A DNA stretch of 64,000 bases from Alphaproteobacteria bacterium HGW-Alphaproteobacteria-1 (GCA_002842985.1 PHEQ01000009.1:43635-107634); one strand, 5' to 3'. Positions 29,947-40,191 are shown, counted from the first letter of the stretch. Notes: generated by a model not told the origin, from the sequence alone. Numbers and translations are program-made.

Positions 29947-30300
29947 ATGACCGGTTATCTCACGACGCATGTTCTCGACACCGCGCGCGGTGTTCCCGCA
30001 CAAGGACTCAAGATTGAGCTTTTCCGGATCGAGGGCGAGGGGCGCGCCCATATGAGGACGCTTGAGACGAACGCGGACGGGCGCACCGATGGGCACATCC
30101 TGCCGGCGCAAGAGTTTGCCACCGGTATCTATGAGCTGGTGTTCCACGCCGGGGCCTATCTCGACACCTGCGGCACGGCGCCCGAGGCCCCGCGCTTTCT
30201 CGATGTCATCCCGATTCGCTTCGGTATGTCGGCGGCAATTCATTACCACGTCCCGCTGCTGCTGTCGCCTTTTGGCTATGCGACCTATCGCGGATCATAG
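29947..30300 (+). CDS. uraH: 5-hydroxyisourate hydrolase (transthyretin-like)
   Basis: [12 protein letters not shown] start and a C-terminal YRGS signature; 117 aa. Confidence 0.9.
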   Translation: MTGYLTTHVLDTARGVPAQGLKIELFRIEGEGRAHMRTLETNADGRTDGHILPAQEFATGIYELVFHAGAYLDTCGTAPEAPRFLDVIPIRFGMSAAIHYHVPLLLSPFGYATYRGS

Positions 30301-30322
30301 GGAACGGTTTTGCGAATTGCTT

Positions 30323-30371
30323 GGACCGGACTCTTTGAAAGAGTCCGGTCCAGAAAGTTTTAAACTTTCTG
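30323..30371. terminator. tandem palindromic stem-loops between convergent uraH and the LysR gene
   Basis: GGACCGGACTCTT-TGA-AAGAGTCCGGTCC (13-bp stem) abuts the 21-nt palindrome CAGAAAGTTTTAAACTTTCTG, which contains the LysR stop codon. Confidence 0.55.
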
Positions 30372-31301
30372 GGTTTCGCCTGGCCGCACCGTTTCGGTCG
30401 CCTTGATCGTGGCGGCGATGCGCTCGACCATGAACTCCATGAAAAGGCGGGTTTTCGGGTCCTGCCAGCGACGATGGGTGAAAAGGCACGCCATTTGAAT
30501 CGGCTCGGGCGGGGTGCGCGCGGCCACCGGCACCAGGGTGCCCGCCTTCAGGTGGTCGGCGATCTCGAACACCGGCTTGAGCGCGACACCCTGCCCAGCG
30601 AGCGCCCAATCTGTCAGCACGTCGCCATCATCGCATTCGCAGCGCCCCGTCACGCGAAACCGTTTCGGCCCCTCGGGCGTGGACAAAAGCCACTGAAACT
30701 CGGTCGCGCCGGGAAACCGCAGGATGAGGCAGTCATGCCCCTGCGCGATCAGATCATCGCCGCTCTCGGGCATACCCCGCCGCGCGACATAATCGGGCGC
30801 GGCGCACAGGATGCGCGCCACATCGGCGATCTTGCGGATGCGCAGGTTGCTGTCCTCGGGCTGACCGAGGAAGAACGCCAGATCCAGCCCCTCGGTGGTC
30901 AGGTCCACCCGCCGGTCGGTCAACCGCAGCCGCACGTTCACCTCCGGGTAAGCGCCAAGAAACTCCGGCACCTTGGGCGCGATCAGGCGACGCCCGACGC
31001 CAAGCGGGGCCGCGACATAAAGCGTGCCCCGGAGATTCTCGGTCATGGTGACGATCTGCGCCTCGGCGCGATTCACCGCCTCCAGGATCTCGCTCGCCCC
31101 GCGATAGAAGGATTGCCCCTGTTCCGTGGGCGTCAGGCTGCGGGTGGTGCGCTGAAACAGGCGCACGCCGAGATGTTCCTCAAGCTGAGAGATCCGCGAC
31201 GAGGTGACGGCCGGGGAAATCCGCAAGTCGCGCCCGGCGGCCGACATGCTGCCAAGCTCGTAGACACGGACAAAGGTGCGAATATTGTCGAGATAGGACA
31301 T
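30360..31301 (-). CDS. LysR-family transcriptional regulator
   Basis: HTH sequence IRTFVRVYELGSMSAAGRDLRISPAVTSSRISQLEEHLGVRLFQR. It is divergent from puuD and looks like a paralogue of the 24489 regulator. Confidence 0.85.
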   Translation of the reverse strand: MSYLDNIRTFVRVYELGSMSAAGRDLRISPAVTSSRISQLEEHLGVRLFQRTTRSLTPTEQGQSFYRGASEILEAVNRAEAQIVTMTENLRGTLYVAAPLGVGRRLIAPKVPEFLGAYPEVNVRLRLTDRRVDLTTEGLDLAFFLGQPEDSNLRIRKIADVARILCAAPDYVARRGMPESGDDLIAQGHDCLILRFPGATEFQWLLSTPEGPKRFRVTGRCECDDGDVLTDWALAGQGVALKPVFEIADHLKAGTLVPVAARTPPEPIQMACLFTHRRWQDPKTRLFMEFMVERIAATIKATETVRPGETQKV

Positions 31302-31394
31302 TCTTCGGAGATTTTTGAGACTGCTTGGCTTTTCTCAACCATACCAGAGGAATTGCATCTCGCCTAGACTGCTGGCACGTCGAACTTCGGGAGA

Positions 31395-32636
31395 ATGACC
31401 ATGTATGACCTCGCAATTCTCTGGGACTGGATTGCCTTTTCGGTGCGGTGGCTGCATGTGATCACGGCAATGGCCTGGATCGGAGCGTCGTTCTATTTCA
31501 TCGCGCTCGATCTGATGCTGCGGCCGAACCCCGCCCTGCCCCAGGGCGCCTATGGCGAGGAATGGGAGGTGCATGGCGGCGGGTTTTACCACACCGTCAA
31601 ATATCTCGTGGCTCCGTCGCAGATGCCCGAGCACCTGACCTGGCACAAATGGCAGAGCTACGCGACATGGCTCTCGGGCGCGGCGCTTCTGATGATGCTC
31701 TACTGGGTCGGGGGCGCGCTCTATCTGCTCGACCCCACCAAGGCGGACCTGACGCTGTGGCAGGGGATCGCCATTTCGGGCGGCTCGCTGACACTGGGTT
31801 GGCTCGCTTATGACGCGCTCTGCAAGTCACCGCTCGGGGCGCGGCCGACGGTGCTGATGCTGCTGCTGTTCGTCATCCTCGTGGCGATGTCCTGGGGCTA
31901 TCACCAGATCTTCACCGGGCGCGCGGCGCTTTTGCATCTGGGTGCGTTCACGGCGACGATCATGACCGCCAACGTGTTTTTCCAGATCATGCCGAACCAG
32001 CGCATCGTCGTGGCCGATCTCAAGGCGGGCCGGACACCGGACGCCAAATACGGCCAGATCGCCAAACTGCGCTCGACCCATAACAACTATCTGACGCTGC
32101 CGGTCGTGTTCCTGATGCTGTCAAACCACTATCCGCTGGCCTTTGCCACGGAATATGCCTGGATCATCGCATCGCTGATCTTTCTCACCGGCGTGACCAT
32201 CCGGCACTATTTCAACACGCTTCACCGCACCGGGACGGGGCCACACTGGACCTGGGCCGTCACCGTGCTGATCATGGTTCTGATCGCCTGGCTCTCGACC
32301 TTCTCGGGCACCGAGAACCTTGAGGAGGCCGAGGCGCGCGCGCTCATGCCGCATGAGGCAAGATACGCCGAGGCGCCCGGCTTCGAAGAGGCCTATTTCG
32401 CGGTGGTGGGCAATTGTTCCATGTGCCATGCGCGAGAGCCCTCCTGGGACGGGATGCACTGGGCTCCGCGCGGCGTCTATCTCGAAACCGAGGCCGATGT
32501 GGCCCGCCATGCCGATCAGATCTACCTTCAGGCCGGGCGCAGCCACGCCATGCCACCCCCCAATGCCTTTCCGATGCCGCCCGAGGCCCGCGCCACCATC
32601 ACCGCCTGGATACAAGAGGCGCGCGCGTTCGATTGA
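31395..32636 (+). CDS. puuD: membrane cytochrome c urate hydroxylase (PuuD-type)
   Basis: Polytopic N-terminal region (WLHVITAMAWIGASFYF) plus a C-terminal haem c site CSMCH; 413 aa. Confidence 0.8.
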   Translation: MTMYDLAILWDWIAFSVRWLHVITAMAWIGASFYFIALDLMLRPNPALPQGAYGEEWEVHGGGFYHTVKYLVAPSQMPEHLTWHKWQSYATWLSGAALLMMLYWVGGALYLLDPTKADLTLWQGIAISGGSLTLGWLAYDALCKSPLGARPTVLMLLLFVILVAMSWGYHQIFTGRAALLHLGAFTATIMTANVFFQIMPNQRIVVADLKAGRTPDAKYGQIAKLRSTHNNYLTLPVVFLMLSNHYPLAFATEYAWIIASLIFLTGVTIRHYFNTLHRTGTGPHWTWAVTVLIMVLIAWLSTFSGTENLEEAEARALMPHEARYAEAPGFEEAYFAVVGNCSMCHAREPSWDGMHWAPRGVYLETEADVARHADQIYLQAGRSHAMPPPNAFPMPPEARATITAWIQEARAFD

Positions 32637-32667
32637 GTGGAGCGCGCGTCGTCTCACGCCCAACAGG

Positions 32668-33351
32668 CTAGTGATCGCCCAGCCTTTCGAGAAGCGCGCG
32701 CGCGGCGGCTTGCTCTGCCTGCCGTTTCGAGCCAGCGGTGGCCTCGGCGCTCTCGCCGGTGGCGAGCCGCGCGACGATTGTGAAAACCGGCGCGTGATCG
32801 GGCCCGGAACGGGCGGTTTCCACGTAATCCGGCGGGGCAAGTCCGCGGGCCTGCGCCCATTCCTGAAGGCTTGTCTTGGCGTCGCGCGCATCGGCCTCGA
32901 CGGCGGCGATGCGCCCGCCCCAAAGCCGCAGCACCACCGCGCGCGCCGCCGTAAAGCCACCATCGAGATAAACGGCGGCGATCACCGCCTCCATCGCATC
33001 GCCCAGAAGCGCAAGTTTGCGCCGCCCGCCCGAGAGCATTTCCGAGCGCCCCAGCTTGAGCACTGCGCCAAGATCGAGACCTCGGGCCACCTCGGCGCAG
33101 GTCTCCTTGCGCACAAGCGCATTGAAGCGTGGCGCAAGCTGGCCCTCGGCGGCGGCGCGGTCCTGCTCCAGAAGCGCCTCGGCCATCACAAGGCCAAGAA
33201 CACGGTCACCGAGGAATTCGAGCCTCTGGTTGTCGCTGCGCGATGGCGAGGACATCGAGGAATGGGTAAGCGCCTCGACCAGAAGTTCGGGCTGCTCGAA
33301 CTCATGCCCGAGCCGGGCCTGAAACGCACGCAATTCGGCGGAAAGCCTCAC
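32668..33351 (-). CDS. rnc: ribonuclease III
   Basis: ALTHSS and [12 protein letters not shown] motifs and a dsRBD C-terminus. The GTG start overlaps the lepB stop (GTGA). Confidence 0.9.
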   Translation of the reverse strand: MRLSAELRAFQARLGHEFEQPELLVEALTHSSMSSPSRSDNQRLEFLGDRVLGLVMAEALLEQDRAAAEGQLAPRFNALVRKETCAEVARGLDLGAVLKLGRSEMLSGGRRKLALLGDAMEAVIAAVYLDGGFTAARAVVLRLWGGRIAAVEADARDAKTSLQEWAQARGLAPPDYVETARSGPDHAPVFTIVARLATGESAEATAGSKRQAEQAAARALLERLGDH

Positions 33352-34178
33352 TCAAGCCTCTCGAAAAACCTGTCCCCCCGCCATGTCCAGAAGGCCAGCA
33401 TCGAAGCCCCGGCAGACGAGAATATGACCCGGTTCGCGCGCCCGATGAGGTTTTCATAGGGCACGAAACCGACGCCCCCCACCGCCTGCGGAAAGCGCGA
33501 GTCGGTGGAATTGTCGCGGTTGTCGCCCATGAAGAAATAATGCCCCTCCGGCACGGTAAACACCCCGGTATTGTCGGAGCGCTGGGGGCCGATATCAAGG
33601 GTCATGTAGGAACGCCCCTCGGGCAGGGTCTCGCGCCAGCGCGACTTGAGGCAATCGGCCCCAAGCCCCACAACGCCATTCTCGCAGCGTGGGCGAATAC
33701 GCATCGGCCCCTGCGGCGCGAATTCCTCGACGAACTGTCCGGCGGGCGCACGCTCGACCGGCTGATCGTTGATATGGAGCACGCCATCGCGCATCTGCAC
33801 CCGGTCACCCGGCATACCGATCACGCGTTTGATAAAATCGGTGCCGTCCACGGGATGCCGGAACACGATGATGTCGCCACGATCGGGCTCGGAGCCCAAA
33901 ATGCGCGTATTGTCACCATCAAGCCAGCCGCAGATGCTCTGCGCGTCGATATTCAGGCCCCCGAACCGGATCGACGGACAGGAGGCATAGGAATAGCCGT
34001 AGGCCATCTTGTTGACGAAGAGGAAATCGCCGATGAGCAGCGTGTCCTTCATCGATCCGGACGGGATCCAGAACGGCTGAAAGAACAGCGTGCGGAAGAC
34101 ACCCGCGATCACCAGCGCCCAGAACACGGTCTTGACGGTCTCCCAGATGGAAGACCCTTTGCTGGAATCCGATGCCAT
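33348..34178 (-). CDS. lepB: signal peptidase I
   Basis: N-terminal [10 protein letters not shown] (Ser box) and [11 protein letters not shown] box. Confidence 0.9.
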   Translation of the reverse strand: MASDSSKGSSIWETVKTVFWALVIAGVFRTLFFQPFWIPSGSMKDTLLIGDFLFVNKMAYGYSYASCPSIRFGGLNIDAQSICGWLDGDNTRILGSEPDRGDIIVFRHPVDGTDFIKRVIGMPGDRVQMRDGVLHINDQPVERAPAGQFVEEFAPQGPMRIRPRCENGVVGLGADCLKSRWRETLPEGRSYMTLDIGPQRSDNTGVFTVPEGHYFFMGDNRDNSTDSRFPQAVGGVGFVPYENLIGRANRVIFSSAGASMLAFWTWRGDRFFERLE

Positions 34179-34295
34179 GACTGTCCCTGCCTCTGCGCGG
34201 TTGCGCCCGCTTCATGCGGCGCGCGTGGCAGGGTGTCAAGCCGCGAGGCACGGGAGGGCGCGCGTAAGCGTCCTCCCCTTTCCCCGATACCGGCG

Positions 34296-34691
34296 TCAGA
34301 ACGCGGCGTGCCATTGCTCGGTGTCCACGAACCAGCGTTCTTCGGCCACCTTGTCGCCCTCGAACCGGAACAGAACCGCCGTTTGGCTGCCGCCCGGCAG
34401 CTTGGTGCAGGACCACTCCAGGATCGAAATCACCTCGCCCACATCGCCGATCTGGCGGACCGAGTGGATCTCGAACCCCGGCGGCAGGGCGGTGCCAAGA
34501 TTGTCGAGCGCGTCGCGGAACGCGGGCTTGCCCCTCAGCACGTCGTTCTGGCCGGGCATGACAAAGATCATGTCCTCGACATAATCGGCAATGAGCGTGT
34601 CCCAGTCGCCGCGCCCGACCGCGTCCCATCCGCGCGCCACGATCTCGGCATGGCTGATCAACGGTGCCTGTGTCTTTTCCGAGCCTTGCAT
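34296..34691 (-). CDS. NTF2-fold / SnoaL-like small protein
   Basis: 131 aa with W.A...GDWD.L...Y.EDM.F..PG, a pattern typical of SnoaL/ketosteroid-isomerase-like proteins. The ATG at 34691 was chosen. Confidence 0.55.
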   Translation of the reverse strand: MQGSEKTQAPLISHAEIVARGWDAVGRGDWDTLIADYVEDMIFVMPGQNDVLRGKPAFRDALDNLGTALPPGFEIHSVRQIGDVGEVISILEWSCTKLPGGSQTAVLFRFEGDKVAEERWFVDTEQWHAAF

Positions 34692-34807
34692 ATCCCATCT
34701 CCCTTGCTGCTGGACATGATCGAAGCCTACGCCCGCAGACCCTTTGGGACTATCGGGCACTTGCTGTATTCTGGGTCAATCATCTGCCGTATTCCGCGCG
34801 ATCCGTC

Positions 34808-35745
34808 GTGACCACCGCCTTTCCAGCCGCTCCGGGGACCGTTTTGAACAAGCACCCATCCAAGACCGAGCCGCTCAGCCCGCGCGAGCAGGAGATTGCC
34901 GAGGCCTTCGCCAGTGGCGAGGGTTATCAGACCATCGCCGACCGGCTCTGCATCGCGCCCTCCACGGTGCGCACCCATCTCGCCACCGTTTATCGCAAGC
35001 TCGGGGTCAGCTCGAAACTCGACCTGCACAGGTATTTCCACGAGGGCGAGGCGCGGGCGCCCAAGGCCGCCTGGCACCCGGACAAACCCTCCATCGCGGT
35101 GCTCGCCTTCGGGAACATGTCGGGCGATCCCGAACAGGCGTATTTCTCGGATGGCATCTCGGACGATATCATCACCGCGCTGTCGCGCTCGCCCACGATC
35201 TGGGCATCCGCGCGACCCGGCTCGACCCGCGCAACGAATATGCCCATTGGGCGCATGGAATCAGTTGCTGGGGCCTGAAAAGGCACGACGAATCCATCGC
35301 CGCATTGGAGCGCGCGGTAGAGTTGAACCCGAATTGCTCGCTTGCCTATGGCAGCCTGGGAACGGCCCTCGGCCTTGCGGGGCGCACCGAGGAGGCGATC
35401 GAGAACCAGCAGATCGCCATCCGCTCGAACCCGCGCGACCCCAGCATCTTCTTTCCCTTCACCGGCATGGCGATGGCACATTGCCTCGCCGGGCGTCATG
35501 ACCGGGCGGCGGACTGGACCAGCCGTGCCATTCACCGGATGCCGCACTGGTATATCGGCCATTTCCTGTTGATCGTGGCGCAGATGCGCATGGGGCAGCA
35601 GGATCAGGCGCGCATCTCGACAAGGCGCTGCCTCGATTGCCTGCCGGGGGCACGGGTGGCCGATCTCGGGCGCGTGCCGCTCAAGGACCTGGCCGAGATG
35701 GCGCGGTTTCGTGACGCCCTGCGCCGGGCGGGGCTGCCGGATTAA
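34808..35745 (+). pseudogene. decayed LuxR-HTH / TolB-N-like / TPR regulator (internal deletion plus frameshift)
   Basis: Frame A (34808-35278) carries the LuxR HTH LSPREQEIAEAFASGEGYQTIADRLCIAPSTVRTHLATVYRKLGV and PSIAVLAFGNMSGDPEQAYFSDGISDDIITALSR, then runs into a stop. Frame B continues from about 35190 with TPR repeats (LDPRNEYAHW...AIALERAVELNPN...) to 35745. The long middle region expected in this family is absent. Confidence 0.6.
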
Positions 35746-36152
35746 CCCGGCGCATTCCTTGGCCGCGCCTCGATCACCACGAAGGCCTGCGCCCATGGGT
35801 GATCATCGGTGAGCGTGACATGGATGATCGCCTCATGCCCCTCGGGCGTCATCGCCGCCAGCCGTTCGGCGGCCCAGCCCGTCACCTGCATGATGGGCTG
35901 GCCGGTTGAGAGGTTCGACACCGCCATGTCCTTCCACGCGATGCCCATGCGCAGGCCGGTGCCAAGCGCCTTGGAGCACGCTTCTTTCGCGGCCCAGCGC
36001 TTGGCATAGGTGCCCGCCACATCGGCGCGACGCTCGGCCTTGGCCTGCTCCACCTCGGTGAAGACGCGATTGCGGAAACGGTCGCCATGGCGCTCCAGAA
36101 CGCCCGCGATCCGCTCGATATTGGCCAGATCGGTGCCGATACCAAGGATCAT
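35742..36152 (-). CDS. acpS: holo-[acyl-carrier-protein] synthase
   Basis: MILGIGTDL start, KRWAAKEA motif, 136 aa. The ATG overlaps the stop of the upstream hydrolase gene. Confidence 0.9.
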   Translation of the reverse strand: MILGIGTDLANIERIAGVLERHGDRFRNRVFTEVEQAKAERRADVAGTYAKRWAAKEACSKALGTGLRMGIAWKDMAVSNLSTGQPIMQVTGWAAERLAAMTPEGHEAIIHVTLTDDHPWAQAFVVIEARPRNAPG

Positions 36153-37639
36153 CCCTGCCCTCCCGGTGCAAAAAGTGGAAAGCTCACGCCAAGCGCCCAG
36201 GCCAGGATCAGGCCAAGCGCGACACCGGCCGATGCCGCCCCCGCCCGCGCCGCCACCCATCGCCCCATCAATCCGAAAATCAGGAAGAACAACAGGATTA
36301 CCGGCGCGATCATGGCCAGAAAGAACAACCGCTCGATATCGAGCAGAACGGCGAGCGCGAGAGAGCCGAGAAAGCCCGCGCGTGCCGCGATTCTTTGCCA
36401 AAGGGCCGCGCCGTGCGCGAGCAGCGCATCGCCCAGCATGAAGGGCAGCGCGCCAAGGCCAAGGGCCGCGATGATGATCAGGCGCTCGGGCGTCGGCCAG
36501 AAATTCGCACCATAGCGGTCGAGCGCAAAGCCGAAGACCCCCAGGCCCCAGGCCAGCAAGGCCAGCACCGCGACGGGGCGCAGGCCCGCTGGCCGCCGCC
36601 CGAACCGCCACAGCAAGGCCAGTTGGCAAAGGCCGTAAATCGCCAGATGCAGCACGAGGTAATCCGCCACCAGCACCGGTAGGATCCGCGTCTCGACCTG
36701 CACGGCCAGAAGCGGGGCAAGAGCCGCAGGCAGGCCCACGACCAGCGCAAACCGCCCCGGGGAAAGCGCCTGCGGCACCGGCGGCGCACGTTCGGGCAAG
36801 AGGCGCGAGAGCGGTGCGGCCAGCGCCACGATGGCAACCATCAACGCCATGAACCAAGGCCCCGTCGCGCGCACCGCGACATCGCTGGCGCGCCCATAAG
36901 CGGCATCGAGCCAGTCCACCGCCTCGGCCCGGCCCTTTCGGCTATGAAGCACCGCCACATGCTCGGCCCACGGTGCCACGACCGCCCGGCGGATCACATC
37001 GCCCGCGCGCGCGGTCTCGCCCTCGCCCAGCCCCGGCTCCACCATCGCCACCGCGTCGCGGGCAAAGCCGCGCAACCCCGGCTCCCACGCGCCGGTGATG
37101 AGCAAAAGGTTTTCAGGCGCGCGCGCCGTCACCGCCTTGGAAAAGGCCGAGATCGCCACCACGGGGCCGATGCGGGGATCGTCAATCGCTGTGCGGATGA
37201 TGATGTCGGTGGCCATGGAATGGCCCAGCAACGCCACCTCGCCCTGCCAGCCCTCCGCCGTTACCGCCGCATCGACCACCGCGCGGGTCTGCTCAACCAG
37301 GAGGCGCGTCGTGCCGTCGATGCTGTTCACATCGCCCGACATGGGCACCGGGTGCCGCCCATGCCCCTCGAAGTCGAAGGCCCAGACCCGGTAGCCCGCC
37401 CGCGCCAGATCAAGGCTATAGGCCTGCATCATCTGCCGCGACCCGGCAAACCCATGGGCGACGACGACCACCGGCCCGTCGGCCCCCGGCTGTGCGACCC
37501 GCGTCACCGGCGTCTCGCCCACAAGGCGCGTGGTGATTTCCAGCCCCGCACGCTGCGCCTCAAGCTGCCAGAGCGCAAGGACCGCGAGAAATCCCCCCAG
37601 CAGCAGCACGATGAGGCTTGCCCGGTTCAGGTGTGCCAT
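36149..37639 (-). CDS. alpha/beta-hydrolase fused to a C-terminal polytopic membrane domain
   Basis: N-terminal TM anchor, an oxyanion-type [10 protein letters not shown] motif and a nucleophile elbow LLGHSMA, followed by about 230 aa with roughly 7 hydrophobic helices. The ATG at 37639 was chosen. Confidence 0.65.
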   Translation of the reverse strand: MAHLNRASLIVLLLGGFLAVLALWQLEAQRAGLEITTRLVGETPVTRVAQPGADGPVVVVAHGFAGSRQMMQAYSLDLARAGYRVWAFDFEGHGRHPVPMSGDVNSIDGTTRLLVEQTRAVVDAAVTAEGWQGEVALLGHSMATDIIIRTAIDDPRIGPVVAISAFSKAVTARAPENLLLITGAWEPGLRGFARDAVAMVEPGLGEGETARAGDVIRRAVVAPWAEHVAVLHSRKGRAEAVDWLDAAYGRASDVAVRATGPWFMALMVAIVALAAPLSRLLPERAPPVPQALSPGRFALVVGLPAALAPLLAVQVETRILPVLVADYLVLHLAIYGLCQLALLWRFGRRPAGLRPVAVLALLAWGLGVFGFALDRYGANFWPTPERLIIIAALGLGALPFMLGDALLAHGAALWQRIAARAGFLGSLALAVLLDIERLFFLAMIAPVILLFFLIFGLMGRWVAARAGAASAGVALGLILAWALGVSFPLFAPGGQG

Positions 37640-37817
37640 CACCGCAGAAGGACCGGCGCTATCATGCTTCTGGCCTGCAATGCCGTCCCGCGCGTTCGAG
37701 CAACGCATTCCAGCCCGTCACAGCCCATGCCACCACTTTCCCCCTGTCGTTTTGCCCGATCATGACCATCGTGCCAGTTATGCGGCGGCCCCTGCCCGGT
37801 CAAGGCAGCGCGTGACC

Positions 37818-38651
37818 CTAGAAGCCAAACCGCTGCAACCGGTGGATCACCCGCCGGAAGATGAAGGGCGGCAGCACTTCCTGCAAGATCCGCGCGCGCT
37901 GCACCTGCCGGTCTGCCTGATCACGTGTGCCGGGGCGCGGCTTGAACAGGGTGGTATGCGACACGCGCGTCGGCCCCCAGGTGGCGGTGTAGTAATAGAG
38001 CGCCAGCGACATGCGCGGCGTGCCGTCAGGGTGATTGACCGTTTCGGGGTTGCCATGCCAGGTGTCCGACCCGGTGTTGAAACAGCACATGCGGTTGAAC
38101 AGCGGCACAAAGCTTTCGACCTGCGCGGTCATGTCCTTGTTCCAGATCTCGAACGAGCCGCCATAGTCCTTTTGCCAGCCCTTGTTGAGGTAGATCAGGA
38201 CGTTGAGGCGGCGTTCGAGGTTCAGCTTGCCATTGTGGTTGAAATCCGCGTGAATATCGAGATGGCCGCCATTGGCCACCACATGCACGCCCCCGCCCGA
38301 GAAATACGGATCGGGGATCAGCCCGTCGATGCCGGTCATCTCTTCCAGAAAACGCAGGAATGGGCGGGAGTTGAGCGCATAAAAGAGGTTGCGCGTATAG
38401 GTCGGCAGCCGCTCGGGCAGATAGCTTGCCTTGAGCTTTTCCTGCGGGCGGTCGAACATCATCTCGGCCTCGGGCAACTGGCGCAGATCCGCAACCACCC
38501 GGTCGAGCACCTCCGCTGGCAGAAAATCGTCGAAGGCACCGTAGGGATAGGGCTCGCGGGCCTGATAGGACGCCGCCGCTGCGCGCCCGGCATCTTTCGC
38601 CTGCGCGGCGTCAAAGGCGAGCGTGTCGGGATCAAGCTTCAGAACCGCCAT
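37818..38651 (-). CDS. 2OG-Fe(II) oxygenase (prolyl-hydroxylase-like)
   Basis: FDDFLPAEVL, HxD in GGHLDIHADF, a distal His in TWHGNPE, and an R..S.ALYYY-like C-terminal part. Confidence 0.7.
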   Translation of the reverse strand: MAVLKLDPDTLAFDAAQAKDAGRAAAASYQAREPYPYGAFDDFLPAEVLDRVVADLRQLPEAEMMFDRPQEKLKASYLPERLPTYTRNLFYALNSRPFLRFLEEMTGIDGLIPDPYFSGGGVHVVANGGHLDIHADFNHNGKLNLERRLNVLIYLNKGWQKDYGGSFEIWNKDMTAQVESFVPLFNRMCCFNTGSDTWHGNPETVNHPDGTPRMSLALYYYTATWGPTRVSHTTLFKPRPGTRDQADRQVQRARILQEVLPPFIFRRVIHRLQRFGF

Positions 38652-38726
38652 CAGGTATCTCTCCGTTTCGTCACGCAGAGATTATACTGACAAATCCGCC
38701 GAGTCTTGGGCGATTCGGTGATGCGT

Positions 38727-39476
38727 TCAACCCCGCGCCTCGTCCATCAGCCGCCGCATCTCTGCAATCGCCGGCTGCAACCCGCGAAAGATCGCCTCAC
38801 CGATCAGGAAATGCCCGATGTTGAGTTCCCGCACCTCTGGCAGGGCGGCGATGGGCTGCACGGTGTCATAGGTCAGGCCGTGGCCTGCGTGCACCTCCAG
38901 CCCCAGCGAATGGGCATAGGCCGACATCTCGCGCAACCCCGCCAACTCGCGGTCGCGGGTGTCGAAATCGCCCTCGGCATGGGCGTCGCAATAGGCACCT
39001 GTATGCAGTTCGATCACCTCTGCGCCAATCCGGTGCGCCGCCTCGATCTGTCGGCGATCGGCGGCGATGAAGATCGACACCCGGCAGCCCGCCGCGCGCA
39101 AGGGGGCGATGTAATGCGCCAGCCGGTTTTCCTCGCGCGCCACTTCAAGCCCGCCCTCGGTGGTGCGCTCCTCGCGTTTTTCGGGCACAAGGCAAACGGC
39201 GTGGGGCTTGTGACGCAGCGCGATGCGCTGCATCTCCTCGGTCGCCGCCATCTCGAAGTTGAGCGGCACCGTGAGCACCTCCATCAATCCGTCAATGTCG
39301 GCATCCGAGATATGGCGGCGATCCTCGCGCAGATGCGCGGTGATGCCATCGGCCCCGGCCTCCTCGGCCAGTTTCGCGGCGCGCAGAGGGTCGGGATATG
39401 CCCCGCCGCGCGCATTGCGCACCGTCGCCACATGGTCGATGTTCACGCCAAGGCGCAATTTGTGCTCTGCCGACAT
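38727..39476 (-). CDS. pdxJ: pyridoxine 5'-phosphate synthase
   Basis: [16 protein letters not shown] and HLREDRRHI motifs; 249 aa from the ATG at 39476. Confidence 0.9.
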   Translation of the reverse strand: MSAEHKLRLGVNIDHVATVRNARGGAYPDPLRAAKLAEEAGADGITAHLREDRRHISDADIDGLMEVLTVPLNFEMAATEEMQRIALRHKPHAVCLVPEKREERTTEGGLEVAREENRLAHYIAPLRAAGCRVSIFIAADRRQIEAAHRIGAEVIELHTGAYCDAHAEGDFDTRDRELAGLREMSAYAHSLGLEVHAGHGLTYDTVQPIAALPEVRELNIGHFLIGEAIFRGLQPAIAEMRRLMDEARG

Positions 39477-39510
39477 CGGTGGTCCTTTCGCTCGCGATTC
39501 GCCGTTCACC

Positions 39511-40188
39511 CTAGTCCGCTTTGCCGCGCTCGTCAGCCTCACCTTCCAGCTTTTCCTTTGCCCGCTTTTCCTTGAGCGCCTGCCATTTCGCGGCAACAAC
39601 GCCCTTGCGGCGCTTCTGATAGGCGGTGATCACCGGCAGGCTGATGTAATAGGCGGCCAGCCCGACGATGACCCCCGGAACGATCCCGCCGATCAGGTAG
39701 GGCAGAAACACCTCGTGATAGAATATCCCCAGCCCATGCCAGTCCGCCACCCGGTCGGTGAAAATCGCCAGAAAATTGTTCTTGAGGTCCTGCCCCGCAT
39801 CGAGAAACTTGCCCCCCAGCGAGCGGCTGATCTCGTCCTCATGCAAGGTCGGGCGGCCGAGAATGGCATGGCCGGTCTGAAGCGACACGACCCCGATTGG
39901 CAGATAGGTCAGCGGGTTGCCGAAGAACGTGCCCAGAAGGGCGGCGGGAATGTTGCCGCGCAGGATCCAGGCAATCGTGCCCGCCACCACGAAATGCATA
40001 CTGTAGAACGGCGTGAAGGTGGTGAAGACACCGGCAAAGATACCCCGCGCGATCCGGTCGGGCGGATCGGGAAGCCGGTGAAGGCGGTGCTTGACATAGG
40101 TGAACGCCCGCCCCCAGCCGCCACGCGGCCAGACGAATTCGGCGACGACGCGCCACCATGGCCGCTTGTCTCGACGCCGAAAAATCAC
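39511..40188 (-). CDS. DUF2062 membrane protein
   Basis: (V)[11 protein letters not shown] start and P..IA.G.A.G.F..FTP pattern. GTG start. Confidence 0.7.
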   Translation of the reverse strand: MIFRRRDKRPWWRVVAEFVWPRGGWGRAFTYVKHRLHRLPDPPDRIARGIFAGVFTTFTPFYSMHFVVAGTIAWILRGNIPAALLGTFFGNPLTYLPIGVVSLQTGHAILGRPTLHEDEISRSLGGKFLDAGQDLKNNFLAIFTDRVADWHGLGIFYHEVFLPYLIGGIVPGVIVGLAAYYISLPVITAYQKRRKGVVAAKWQALKEKRAKEKLEGEADERGKAD

Positions 40189-40191
40189 GGC

